A DNA stretch of 64,000 nucleotides from an uncultured Chloroflexia bacterium. GTDB lineage: Bacteria > Chloroflexota > Limnocylindria > QHBO01. The notes below the pieces were generated by a model, which was given only the letters and a program-made list of their open reading frames with translations, was not told where the DNA came from and made no database searches. Within the stretch, counting starts at the first letter, position 1. The number at the start of each line of letters is the position of its first letter. A program made the position numbers and the translations under genes. This document shows, piece by piece, positions 19,181 to 29,081 of this stretch. The stretch is taken from the NCBI GenBank assembly GCA_963843015.1, contig CAWJIR010000012.1, positions 133,422-197,421 of the forward strand, given 5' to 3'.

Positions 19181-19844
19181 TCACGGAGCCTCAGCGGCCA
19201 TCTGCTCCACGCCATCGAGGATCAGGTCCAGGCCGAACTCGAAGTCGCCCTCGTCCAGGGAGCCCTTTTCCAGGTGCTGGACCACGTGCTCGGCGAGGTA
19301 CGGATACTCGTCGACCGGGAGTGACTCGAGAAACGCCGTCCCGGCATCGGCCAGGTCGGCATCCTCGAGCGGGAAGGCCTGCGCCTGCAGCGTGTAGCCG
19401 AAGATGTGGTTCTCCACCGCGTGGTAGACGCGCTCGGTGATCTCCGGCGACAGGCCGCCATCCCGGAACGTCTGCAGCGCCGAGTCCATGTAGCGCATCC
19501 GCCCCGGGCCCACCCCGGCCTGGATCCATCGTGTGCCGGCCCACGGATGGCGGAGCAGGACCTCGCGGGTGGCGATCGCTCGCCGGCGCGTCGTGCTCTT
19601 CCAGTCGTCCCCCTCGGGTGGGAGCTCGACCTCGCCGGCCAGCAGGTCGATCATGCCGTCGAGCATCTCGTCCTTGTTCGCCACGTAGTGGTACAGGGTC
19701 ATGGCCTCGACCCCGAGCTCCTGCGCCAGGCGGCGCATCGTCAGCGCGCCGATCCCCTCTCGGTCGGCCAGGCCGATGGCCGTGCGCAACACCCGATCCC
19801 GGCTCATGGGGCTCTCGCCGGTGCGTCGGGTCTGGCTGAGCCAT
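19181..19844 (-). CDS. TetR/AcrR-family transcriptional regulator (probable frameshift near 19825)
   Basis: RVLRTAIGLADREGIGALTMRRLAQELGVEAMTLYHYVANKDEML is a TetR HTH. The ATG at 19844 has a strong GGAAGGAGG Shine-Dalgarno but is one frame off the body. The in-frame ATG at 19807 has none. Confidence 0.8.
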
Positions 19845-19884
19845 GAGCTGACCTCCTTCCGCGCGCGGGTCCACGCTACCGGGC

Positions 19885-19927
19885 TTGACAATCTTACAGC
19901 GTAAGAGCAATCTTACAACGTAAGAGC
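19885..19927 (+). promoter_or_regulatory. Promoter (-35 TTGACA) with two tandem palindromic operators CTTAC-N3-GTAAG
   Basis: TTGACAATCTTACAGCGTAAGAGCAATCTTACAACGTAAGAGC: the 19-bp unit AATCTTAC(A/-)NCGTAAGAGC is directly repeated. The first copy fills the 17-nt spacer after TTGACA and the second covers the -10/TSS. It lies between the divergent TetR gene and the oxidoreductase operon. Confidence 0.65.
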
Positions 19928-19962
19928 AGCCAGCCAGCCCGGACTGGCACGAGGAGAGGACA

Positions 19963-20980
19963 ATGACGACCAACGCCCTGATCCATGAGACCACCGCGAT
20001 CGCGGAGAAGACGATGAAAGCCGTCGCCCAGCATCGGTATGGCTCCCCCGACGTCCTGGAGCTGACCGATATCCCCAAGCCGGAGATCGGCGAGGACGGG
20101 ATCCTCGTCCGGGTCCGGGCGGCATCGGTCAATGCGCTGGACTGGCACTTCATGCGCGGCGAGCCGTACGTCATGCGCATGGGGTTCGGGATCCGTCGGC
20201 CGAAGGGACCGATTCGAGGGGTGGACCTGGCCGGGGTGGTGGAGGCGGTCGGATCGGAGGTGACCGAGTTCAAGCCGGGGGACGAGGTGTTCGGCACGCG
20301 CCTGGCGGCCTGGTCCGAGTACGTGTCCGGCCGCGAGCTCGACTTCGCCATGAAGCCGGCGAGCCTCAGCTTCGAGGAGGCCGCCGCCCTCCCGACCGCG
20401 GGGGTGACCGCGCTGCAGGGGCTGCGGGACCATGGTCAGCTGACGCGCCGGGCAGCACGTCCTCGTGTTCGGCGCGGGTGGTGGTGTCGGGACGTTCGCG
20501 GTGCAGATCGCCAAGGCGTTCGGAGCGACGGTGACCGCCGTCACGCGGACCGAGAGCGTGGAGATGGTGCGCTCGCTCGGCGCCGATCGGGTCATCGACT
20601 ACACGCGGGAGGACTTCGCCCGAGACCCGGATCGATACGACCTCGTGTTCGACGTTGGGGCCAAGCGCTCCATCTCCGACCTGCAGCGGGTCCTCCGTCC
20701 CGGAGGGACGCTGGTGCTCTGCGGCGGAGCGCCCGGCCGGTGGATCGGTCCCCTGCTCCGCCCGGCGGTGGGCATGCTCCGCGCGAAGGTGCGGGGGCAG
20801 CGGGTGCGGGTGTACATCGCGAAGGACACCAAGGAGGACTTCCTGGCGCTGAAGGAGCTCATCGAGGCCGGCAAGCTCCGGCCGGTCGTGGGCCAGACCT
20901 ACCCGCTGGCGGAGGCCGCCGAGGCCATGCGGCAGGTCGAATCCGGGCGGGCCCAGGGCAAGGTGGTCATCACCGTCTGA
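19963..20980 (+). CDS. Zinc-type/MDR NAD(P)H-dependent oxidoreductase (quinone-oxidoreductase-like; frameshift near 20450)
   Basis: MKAVAQHRYGSPDVLELTDIPKPEIGEDGILVRVRAASVNALDWH... (ORF 19963..) continues as ...VFGAGGGVGTFAVQIAKAFGATVTAV...GKVVITV (ORF 20465..20980). The alternative start at 20014 (MKAV) also has a good Shine-Dalgarno. Confidence 0.8.
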
Positions 20981-21063
20981 ATGTTGGTTCTCGGGGGCGA
21001 CCCGGACGCGCCTGCGGCGTTACGCTACCCCTCCCGTCCCCCAACACTGAAGAGGAGAACCCC

Positions 21064-21453
21064 ATGGACGAGCATCCGAACGTGGCCCTGGTGCGCAAAT
21101 ACATCGAGACCTTCACCAGCGACGACCCAGAGGCGGCCGGAAACTTCCTGGCCGATGACGTCGAATGGCACGAGATCGGCCGGGCCGAGCCCATCCACGG
21201 CAAGGCCGCGCTGCGCGACCGGATGATGGGTGCCGGCAAGCCCGAGTGGAACATCACCGGCGGCGAGGTCCATGACGTCCTCGGCGACGACGAACACACC
21301 GTGGCCCTGCTCACGGCCCACGCGGAGTGGGGCGAGAAGTCGCTCGACTACAAGGTCGCCGAGCTCTATCACATCCGCGACGGCAAGATCACCGCTCGCT
21401 GGGCGATGTCCGACGACACCGAGGCGATCAACAACTTCTTCAAGGGCACCTGA
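21064..21453 (+). CDS. SnoaL/NTF2-like protein (paralog 1)
   Basis: MDEHPNVALVRKYIETFTSDDPEAAGNFLADDVEWHEIG...KITARWAMSDDTEAINNFFKGT. Intact, in the same frame as the off-frame tail of ORF 19963..21453. Confidence 0.75.
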   Translation: MDEHPNVALVRKYIETFTSDDPEAAGNFLADDVEWHEIGRAEPIHGKAALRDRMMGAGKPEWNITGGEVHDVLGDDEHTVALLTAHAEWGEKSLDYKVAELYHIRDGKITARWAMSDDTEAINNFFKGT

Positions 21454-21515
21454 CCGGCCCCGGCGGCAAGCGCCGGGCGTAGGATGGGTCCCTTCCTTCG
21501 AAGAGGTACCCATCC

Positions 21516-21920
21516 ATGACAGCAGAGACTTTCAAGCGCTCGTCCGACGCGTCGGTGGCCGTTGTCCGCCAGCTCATGGACGCGTTCAACGGCGGCGATC
21601 CTGAGGTCATTTCGGCCTTGCTCGCGGATGACATCGAGTGGCACGAGATTGGTCGAACCGACCCAATCCGCGGCAAGGCGGCCCTGGCGGAGCGATTCAT
21701 GGGCGGCCTCCCCCAATGGCAAATCACCGTGACATCCCACGACGTGCTGGCCAACGATGAGCACGCGGTCGCCCTGGTCACTGCCACGGCGAACATGGGA
21801 GGCAAGTCGCTGACCTACAAGACGGCCGAGATCTACCACGTCCGCGATGGCAAGGTCACGGCCCGATGGGCCCTGTCCGACGACACCGCCGCCATCAACG
21901 AGTTCTTCGCCGGGACCTGA
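21516..21920 (+). CDS. SnoaL/NTF2-like protein (paralog 2, tandem duplicate)
   Basis: LLADDIEWHEIGRTDPIRGKAALAERFMG...KVTARWALSDDTAAINEFFAGT is clearly paralogous to 21064..21453. Intact. Confidence 0.75.
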   Translation: MTAETFKRSSDASVAVVRQLMDAFNGGDPEVISALLADDIEWHEIGRTDPIRGKAALAERFMGGLPQWQITVTSHDVLANDEHAVALVTATANMGGKSLTYKTAEIYHVRDGKVTARWALSDDTAAINEFFAGT

Positions 21921-21922
21921 GC

Positions 21923-22195
21923 CTAGAGCTTCGCCCCTGAGGTATCGGGGGGTTCGGGCCGGTCCAGCGCCTCCGTCGGCAGGTTGTCGACGGTGAGGCC
22001 GTTGGTGGTCACCCGCGCGCCGCGCGCCTCTTCCTCGACCACGACCACGGCCGGCGGACGGTTGTGGAGGATCTTCTGCTCCAGGCCGGCCATGAACTGG
22101 CCGATGGACAGGTTCACGTCGGTGAACGAGGGAAGCCGACCGCGAGCCTCGGGGTGATCCGGCTCGGCGTCCTCCGGCGACGGAGCATCCTCCAC
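21923..22195 (-). CDS. Hypothetical acidic protein
   Basis: 90-aa ORF with protein-like composition (SFTDVNLSIGQFMAGLEQKILHNRPPAVVVVEEE). It may extend to the ATG at 22232 through a frameshift. No family recognised. Confidence 0.35.
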   Translation of the reverse strand: MEDAPSPEDAEPDHPEARGRLPSFTDVNLSIGQFMAGLEQKILHNRPPAVVVVEEEARGARVTTNGLTVDNLPTEALDRPEPPDTSGAKL

Positions 22196-22261
22196 CGCCT
22201 CGGCCTCCGGTTCGTCCTTCGCGGTCGACCATCGGCCGATCCTACTCGAGGACCGCTCGGA

Positions 22262-22831
22262 CTAGGTCAGCCGGCGGGTCCGGAGAGATGCGACGGCCAG
22301 CGCGAGGAGCGCGGCGCCGAGAATGGCCACGGCGAGGGTCGTTCCCCCACTCGATGCCGGGCCGGCCGGGATCATGGCCGCGTTCGGCAGCGCCTCGGGC
22401 GTGGGCGTCGCCACTGCGGCGGCTACCACTGTGATGGTCACCGTGTCGCTGCAGACGTCGCTATCCGCCGCGGTGAGGGTCCAATTGCCCACCTGCGATG
22501 GGTCAAAGGAGCCCTGGAGGATGAAGGAACCCGCGCCGTCGGTCGTCTGGGGGAAGGTGGCCTGGGGTACGCCATTCAGGACGACCGTGATGTCGAGGGT
22601 CGCGTTCGGGGTGAACCCGGTGCCGTTGACCTGCGCCGCCTCCCCGACGATGACGGTCGCCGATTCCGCCGGCACCGGCGACGAGGTGGAGCTGATCAGG
22701 ATCGAGCACGCGACCGGTTGGCCTGCGCGGACCGATGGCGCGGCGGCGGCCGCGAGCGTCAGGGCGGCGGCCAGGAAGGTCGCGATCAGGACGACGGGAA
22801 GCAGCCGAGGGCGAATGAGAAAGGTGGTCAT
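22262..22831 (-). CDS. Secreted Ig-like protein with C-terminal Gly-Gly/TM/basic anchor
   Basis: Signal peptide MTTFLIRPRLLPVVLIATFLAAALTLAAAAAPS, a beta-rich middle, and the tail PAGPASSGGTTLAVAILGAALLALAVASLRTRRLT. It lies immediately downstream of the histidine kinase on the same strand. Confidence 0.6.
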   Translation of the reverse strand: MTTFLIRPRLLPVVLIATFLAAALTLAAAAAPSVRAGQPVACSILISSTSSPVPAESATVIVGEAAQVNGTGFTPNATLDITVVLNGVPQATFPQTTDGAGSFILQGSFDPSQVGNWTLTAADSDVCSDTVTITVVAAAVATPTPEALPNAAMIPAGPASSGGTTLAVAILGAALLALAVASLRTRRLT

Positions 22832-22937
22832 GGAGACTCCTGCAGGAGGCGATTGGGCCGGAAGAGTCGCCGCTCGACATCCATGGGGCAATAGGAGTTC
22901 TGGTACCCATCGGTACGGTCCGGTGGAGTCGACCCTT

Positions 22938-24289
22938 CTAGCCGGGGGCGAGGTCGATCAGGAGGGTCGTGCCGTCGGAGCCGGTGCGCTCGACCGAGAT
23001 GACGCCGCCGCTGGGCGCCAGCAGCTCGCGGGCGATGGTCAGACCGATGCCGGCGCCCGCGGTCGGACGCCGCCGGGTGCGGGCCGGGTCGGATCGGTAG
23101 AAGCGCTCGAAGATGTGGGGGAGGTCTTCGGCCGGGATGCCCGGGCCCTGGTCGGTGACCCGGATCTGGACGCGGTGGCGGAGCGGTCGGACCCAGCGTC
23201 GGTCGCCGATCGCAGATGACCCGAACGGTCTTGCCGCTCGGCGTGTGCTGAGCCGCGTTGGTCATGACGTTTCGCAGGGCGCGACCGAGGTGCGCGGGGT
23301 CGGCCCACGCCGCGAGGTCGGGCGAAATCGGTTCAATCTCGAGCGTCACATCCCGCTCGCGGTAGAGGCCGTCGAGCGCGGAGGCCGCCTCGGCCACGAT
23401 GCCGGACACGTCGACGCGCTTCGGGCGCGCCTGGAGGGGCGCGGCTTCGGCGCTCGCCAGCTCCCCCATCTGCACGATCACGCTGCCCAAGGCCGCCGCG
23501 GACGCCGCCGCCGCCTCGAGGTTGGGCTTCGACTTGGGGACGACCCCGTCGATCATGGCCTGGAGCTGCCCCTGCAGCACGGTGGCCGGCGTGGCAAGGT
23601 CATGGGCCATGTCCGTTGCCGCGCGGCGGCGGAGCATCTCGGACGACTCCAGCCGCCCAGCCATGGTGTTGAAGGCGCCGGCCAGCTCCTGCGACTCGCG
23701 GTCGCCGCCGCCGGTGGCCCGCGCCGAAAGGTCCCCGGCCCCCAGCCGGTTCGCGGCTGCGGCCACGTCCTGCAACGGCCGCGTCTGGCGCCGCGCCAGC
23801 CAGACCGATACGCCGGCGATAACCGCCACCGACGCCAGCCCGGCCACCAGCAGCGCGACGTTGAACAGGCGCAGGAACGGCCGATCCGACTGCGCCACCG
23901 GCAGCCGGAACTGTGGCCACGATCAGCGCCACCTCCTGGTCGCCAATGATCACCGAGGCACTGATGTCCTGCGTTGGTGTGCCCGGTGGCAACGGGCGCC
24001 CGTATCGGTTCAGCGGGTTGCCTCCCGGGCCGAGCACCACGACCGGGGCGTTCAGGCTGCGCGCCAGCCGGTCCAGGACGCGGTCGGCCTGCCCGAGGTC
24101 GGCCGCCGCCGATCCCCACCAGCTCGCTCACCGCATCGGCCGCGGCCTCGACCTGCTCGACTCTGCTGGGCGCTCACGACATCTTCGAAGGATTGGCTTA
24201 CCACCCGGTTCACCACGGCTCCCGCGAGCAGCAACACGACGAGGACGGCGGCCGACAGGATCAGGCGCCAGGCGCATGGCGAGCGGCAT
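22938..24289 (-). CDS. Sensor histidine kinase (HAMP-HisKA-HATPase; at least 4 frameshifts)
   Basis: TM1 ILSAAVLVVLLLAG, TM2 LFNVALLVAGLASVAVIAGV, HAMP RPLQDVAAAANRLGAGDLSARA, H-box DMAHDLATPATVLQ. The ATP-lid C-terminus RVTDQGPGIPAEDLPHIFERFYRSD...GAGIGLTIARELL...* was read by hand in a third frame and ends at 22938. Confidence 0.8.
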
Positions 24290-24359
24290 GCCGCGGCTGC
24301 GGCGGGTGCGGCCGCGGTGATGGGTGGCTGCGCTTTCGTGGGAGGCTCGGCCGTCTCGG

Positions 24360-25130
24360 TCACGGCTCGTCGCGCTCCGCGACCAGCCGGTAGCCGGCCT
24401 GCGGGACGGTCTCGATCAGCCACGGATCGGCGGCCGAGTCGCCGAGCTTCCGGCGGAGGTTCGCGACGTGGACGTCCACGACCCGTTCGAAGACGTCGTC
24501 GGGCCGCCGCGCCACGGCGTCGAGCAGCTGCTCGCGGGTCATGACCATCCCCGGTCGCCTGGCGAGCGCCAGCAGCAGCCTCGCTTCGCCGGGCGTGAGT
24601 CGGCCGGTCCGGCCTGCGCCGCCGTCCCCTGCCGCGAGGGTGTATCGGCGGGTTGCGGGGTCCAGCCGAAGCCGCCCACCGCCCAGCGACAGCGCGGGCG
24701 CATCGGTCAGGTCCACGCCCCGACCGCGCCATTCCCGACCGATTGACCGGTGCGGCGAAGGATGGCGGCCACCCGTGCGGTGACCTCGTGCGGGTTGAAC
24801 GGCTTGCCGAGGTAGTCGTCCGCCCCGAGGCGGAGGCCGGCGATGCGGTCGGCATCGGTCCGCTTGGCGGAGGTGATGAGGACCGGCACCGTGCCGCGGT
24901 CGCGGAGCTCCTCGAGGACCGTCTCGCCCTGCATCCGGGGCAGCATGAGGTCGAGGATCACGAGGTCCGGCGGCTCCGCGTCGTACGCGGCCAGGGCCGC
25001 GGCGCCGTCACCGGCCTCGATGACCGCGTACCCGTCGCGCTCCAGGTAGAGGCGGAGCAGGGCGCGGAGCTGCGGCTCGTCCTCGACGACGAGGATCCGC
25101 GGCTTCGCCGTTGCCGTTGGTTCGGGCCAT
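24360..25130 (-). CDS. OmpR-family response regulator (at least 2 frameshifts)
   Basis: Receiver: KPRILVVEDEPQL...DLVILDLMLPRMQGETVLEELR...VLITSAKRTDADRIAGLRLGADDYLGKPFNPHEV. Winged helix: LTPGEARLLLALARRPGMVMTREQLLD...VDVHVANLRRKLG...IETVPQAGYRL. Confidence 0.85.
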
Positions 25131-25164
25131 CCGGCCAGATGCTATCGGTCTGCCCATTCAGGAG

Positions 25165-25476
25165 TTATGAAGGACCGATTGCGACGCGGGCCCGGACAGC
25201 AGAACGCCCGGTCGCGATGACCGGGCGTCCCGTGAATGTGCGACCTGACGGTCGCGGTGAAAACCAGCCTAGCGCGGCGGTGGTCACCTTGACGGCGCGG
25301 GGCCCCTTGGGGCTCGACTCCACGTCGAACGAAACGGTTTCGCCGCCGACGAGGCGGTCGAAGTCGAGGGACTCGGCAAGCTCGTTGCGATGGAAGAAGT
25401 ATTCCTTCCCATCCTCGCCGCCGATAAACCCGAAGCCGCGGTCAGAGATGACGCGCTTGATTGTTCCTGTGGCCAA
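25165..25476 (-). CDS. Cold-shock protein (CspA family); the 3' extension is probably artefactual
   Basis: TTG start follows GAGG. ATGTIKRVISDRGFGFIGGEDGKEYFFHRNEL...GETVSFDVESSPKGPRAVKV carries the RNP1 (RGFGFI) and RNP2 (FFH) motifs. The ORF runs about 35 codons past the usual Csp end, so a missed stop or indel near 25270 is likely. Confidence 0.8.
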   Translation of the reverse strand: MATGTIKRVISDRGFGFIGGEDGKEYFFHRNELAESLDFDRLVGGETVSFDVESSPKGPRAVKVTTAALGWFSPRPSGRTFTGRPVIATGRSAVRARVAIGPS

Positions 25477-25621
25477 AACGTTGGACCTCAATTTCCTCGA
25501 ACACAGTTGCCTCACACAGCCGGTTCGAAGACGAACGACCAGCGCGCGGTCCATCAGTACGGCCCGATGGAGGCTTCCAAAATACCCCTTATCGGGCGTT
25601 TCCGCCAGACGTACAGACGTC

Positions 25622-25978
25622 CTATTCGGACGGGTATCGGTGCCTCGTGGTCTCGAGCGCGGCGAGCACGTCCTTGCGCGCGAGCTCCAGCTGGACGCCC
25701 ATTCGCTTGGCGTGAACGTGGTCGCCGTCCTCCATCGCGAGCTCCGCGTTGACCGAGGCGCGGGCCCGGTGGTAGGCCTGGATCGCATCGTTGGCCGTGC
25801 GCGTGATCTGGTTCGTGGCCTCGCGCAGCATCCGCATTCGCTCGGCAGGGCGCTGCTCGCTGGCCAGGCGCTGGTCCAGCGTCCGCGTGAAATCCGCGAT
25901 CGTGTCCGGCGCCTGCTGGATCAGCAGGAGGTCCGGCTCGCGCCGGCCGAGGCGGGTGTTGGGCGGCCGAATCGGCAC
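25622..25978 (-). CDS. Hypothetical helical protein
   Basis: Intact 118-aa ORF with coiled-coil-like composition (RMRMLREATNQITRTANDAIQAYHRARASVNAELAMED). No family recognised. Confidence 0.4.
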   Translation of the reverse strand: MPIRPPNTRLGRREPDLLLIQQAPDTIADFTRTLDQRLASEQRPAERMRMLREATNQITRTANDAIQAYHRARASVNAELAMEDGDHVHAKRMGVQLELARKDVLAALETTRHRYPSE

Positions 25979-26097
25979 AGTCTCGATTCCCTTGACGCGC
26001 TGGTGTCACGCGCGGCCGTCATCGGTCATGCGCCAGGCCAGTTGAGCGGTCCTCCAAAGATACCACCGAGGCGCCGTCCCCGAGGCGTCCGATCGGG

Positions 26098-26924
26098 TCA
26101 GTGCTGGACGTCGATCACCAGGCGGGCCGGATCGGCCAGGTAGAAGGCGCGGAGGCAGGTGCTGCCGTTCACGCCCAGGTACCAGTTGTGGGTGGCCTCG
26201 AAGTCGCCGGACTCCACGAACTGCGCGATCTGCTCGATAGCCGGGCTGGAAGTCGGTCGATCCGGTGTACGGCTGCTCGCCGCTCTCCATGTCGAACTTC
26301 GTGGCTCCGGTCATGGTGACCTCGTAGACCGGTGAGCCGGCCACGTCCAGCGGCAGGCCGCTCGGATTCTTCATGAACGGGGGCTCGGCGACGTCCACGG
26401 TGAGGCTCGGGCGTGCCGTCGAGGACGTACTCGAACACGATCCGGTCATACCCGGCGTGGGTCCCGACCCGGATGTCGGCCACGACCAGCGGGTGGAAGT
26501 CGGAGCCCACGGCGGGGAGCTGGATGGGGAGGTCGCAGGTGAAGGCCGGCTCCGGGCCCGACGGCGCGGCCGATTCCTCGGCCGGGGCTGTCGGAGACGG
26601 GGAGGGCGCGGGCGATTCGCTTGGCTCGGCCGACTCGCTGGGCGACGCGGACGCGGACGGTCCCGAGCCGACGAGCGGGCCGGACCCGAGCTGCAGGCCG
26701 ACGATCACGGCGACGACCACGACCGCCGCCACGGCGGCGGCAAAGACAGAACGAGTCACGAATGATGTCCTCCATGGGCCGATAAAGGTTCGCTGGTTGG
26801 TGTGGTCGATCTCTGCCCGCACCTCGTCGTAGACCTCGTCGGGCAGATCGGTCTGGCCCTCGGCCAGGAACGCGTCGATGAGCCGGTCGGGATCGTTGGG
26901 GCTGGGGTTGCGCGGCGGCGTCAT
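26098..26924 (-). CDS. ECF-sigma-associated single-pass membrane protein with extracytoplasmic AMIN-like domain (putative anti-sigma; at least 2 frameshifts)
   Basis: Start overlaps the sigma stop. N-terminal cytoplasmic segment, TM SVFAAAVAAVVVVAVIVGL, then a Pro/Ser linker. The domain reads ADIRVGTHAGYDRIVFEYVLDG...YTGSTDFQPG...GDFEATHNWYLGVNGSTCLRAFYLADPARLVIDVQH* (hand translation, stop at 26098). Confidence 0.65.
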
Positions 26925-27482
26925 GCGGATCGCTCCTGTGAAGGCACCCGGGCATCGGCTTCAACGCTGGCCCGGAGCGCGGTGGTGGCGTGGTGGATGC
27001 GGGACTTCGCGGTCCCGAGCGGAATACCGAGGCGGTCGGCGACTTCCGGGACCGGAAGACCGATGTAGTGGTGGAGGACCATGACCGCCCGCTGCTCGAC
27101 GGTGAGGCGGCGGAAGGCCCGCTCCAGCTGGTCACGGTCGTGGACGGTGAGGATGTCGTTCGAGCTCGAGGCCAGGTCCACGGGGAGCATCCGGATGGAC
27201 TGACGACCACCGCCGACGGCGCTTGGCCTCGGCGTAGCAGGCGTTGACCAGGATCCGATGGAGCCACGGCTCGAACCGATCCGGGTCGCGGAGGGACCGG
27301 AGGTCGCGCCACGCGGTGATCAGCGCGGCCTGGACGGCGTCCTGGGCGACATCGGTGTCGCGCAGGATGCGGGTGGCAATCGCCATGCATCGGTCTCCGG
27401 CCGTGCGGGCCAGGGCATCGAAGGCGTCACGATCCCCCTCCTGTGCGCGCTCGACGAGTGCGACCCGCGGTACGGCCTGCAT
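26921..27482 (-). CDS. ECF-type RNA polymerase sigma-70 factor (frameshift near 27210)
   Basis: Region 2: DAFDALARTAGDRCMAIATRILRDTDVAQDAVQAALITAWRDLRSLRDPDRFEPWLHRILVNACY. Region 4: LTVEQRAVMVLHHYIGLPVPEVADRLGIPLGTAKSRIHHA. Confidence 0.85.
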
Positions 27483-27593
27483 CTGTTCCTCAACGTCTGA
27501 TCCGATCTGGACTCGGTCCAAGTGGAGCCGGGGAGTCACCTCTACTGTTCAATCTGTGCAGTGCCAATCGTTCGACCTAGACTACTGGCGCCG

Positions 27594-28113
27594 ATGGAGA
27601 CGTGGGACGCGATCAACTCGGTCCGGGTGATCCGGAAGTTCACCGATCAGCCGCTCGCCGCCGAGCACCTGGAGCGGATCCTGAACGCCGGCCGGCGGGC
27701 GGCGAGCAGCAAGAACGAGCAGACCTGGGCGTTCATCGTGGTCACCGACCGGAAGCTGCTGCAGCGAGCTGACCGCGGTCGGTCGCTACGCGGACCACCT
27801 GGCCGGCGCGGCGGCCGCGATGGCGCTGGTCACGCCGGAGGAGAGCGGTCCGCACGTCCGAACCACGATGTGGGACATGGGCCGCGCGGCCCAGAACATG
27901 GTGCTCGCCGCCTGGGAGCTGGGCATCGGCAGCGTGCCGGCCACCGCGCACAACCACAAGGTCGCAGGCCGGCTGCTCGGCCTGCCTGAGGACCGACGCT
28001 GCGACTTCCTGCTCTCGTTCGGCTATCCCGCGGACCCGTCCAAGCTCACCGCCCCGAACAAGCCCGGCGGCCGCAAGTCACTCGAGGAGATCGTCCGCCG
28101 CGACCGCTGGTAG
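27594..28113 (+). CDS. Nitroreductase-family protein (frameshift near 27760)
   Basis: METWDAINSVRVIRKFTDQPLAAEHLERILNAGRRAASSKNEQTWAFIVVTD continues as ...MWDMGRAAQNMVLAAWELGIGSVPA...FGYPAD. Confidence 0.8.
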
Positions 28114-28182
28114 GCCCGGCAAGGGATGCGCCCGGCGACGGATCGCCGGGCGCCATTGAGTGCTGCTGACCGCACGGGACGA

Positions 28183-29081
28183 TCAGGGATTCGCGCTGGC
28201 CTGGACCGACTCGACGACCGTCCGCTGCGCCGCAAGGTCCTCCTCGGATGTGTCCGGGTAATGGAGGCGTCGATCACGAGGCGCTCGCCGTCGACGTCGA
28301 GGATGTAGAGGTCGAAGGTCTGCCCTGGGGCCCCGCCCCAGATCTGTCCTCCTCGGTGTCAACGAAGAGGTAGAACTCCTCCGCCCCCGTCAACGGTGCG
28401 TCCAATGGAATGGTGAGTTGGACGAGCTGTCCCGGATGGCCGCCAATCTCGATGTCGGTGGGTGCGGTCGCCGTCCAGGCAGGATGGGCGACGATGGCCT
28501 GGGCGAGATCATCAACCGTCGGCCCCACACCGGCGGATCGAGTTGGCCCTCGGCGACCGAGAGCGGATTCACGTAGAGATTGAGCTCACCCGAATAGAAC
28601 CGGATGGCCATGCCGTCGGGCAGGTTGGTTTCCGCGTGGGCCGATCACCACCCAGTCGCCACTCGCGGACCAGCCGGATGGAACGGCGACGGTGACATTG
28701 ATGCCGGGCCGGCATTCGCCAGGTAACGACCCGGCTCGAGGGGATCCTGGTCGTCGAGGCGGAGCACCGGCGAGGCGCTGGGTGCCGACGTCACCGTCGG
28801 CTCGGGCGTCGAGCTGGGCTCGCCGCCGGGTGCCGGGGAGCCCGGCAGCAGGTTGTAAGCGATCACCGCAATGATCGCGACCGCGGCGGCCACCAGGCCG
28901 ACGCGGACGACGTTGTTATCCATGAATGGATCCCTCCACGCCGACCACGGAGTGGATCGGCGCTGTGGGGTCGTGTCGAGCTCGTCCAGCACGGTCGTCC
29001 AGGACGCGGTCCGCGTCCTCGTGCCGGTCTTCGCTTCAGCCACGACCGGACGATGCGGGTGACGTCGCGTTCGGTGCTCAT
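28183..29081 (-). CDS. ECF-sigma-associated single-pass membrane protein with extracytoplasmic domain (putative anti-sigma; at least 4 frameshifts)
   Basis: MSTERDVTRIVRSWL starts in an ATGA overlap with the sigma gene. TM VVRVGLVAAAVAIIAVIAY, a Pro/Ser/Thr linker, then a beta-rich domain read across ORFs 28645.., 28390.. and 28274.. (…GPTVDDLAQAIVAHPAWTATAPTDIEIGGHPGQLVQLTIP…FDLYILDVDGERLVIDAS…QASANP*). Confidence 0.55.

Noticed and set aside
27483-27593. ECF-type autoregulatory promoters (GGAAC-N16/17-CGT) upstream of the two sigma genes, and GGTAAC-N15-CGTT inside element copy A.
   Set aside because: I found only partial matches (TGAAC/GAAC without a properly spaced -10). Copy B lacks the CGTT. 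This is not supportable without the group-specific consensus.
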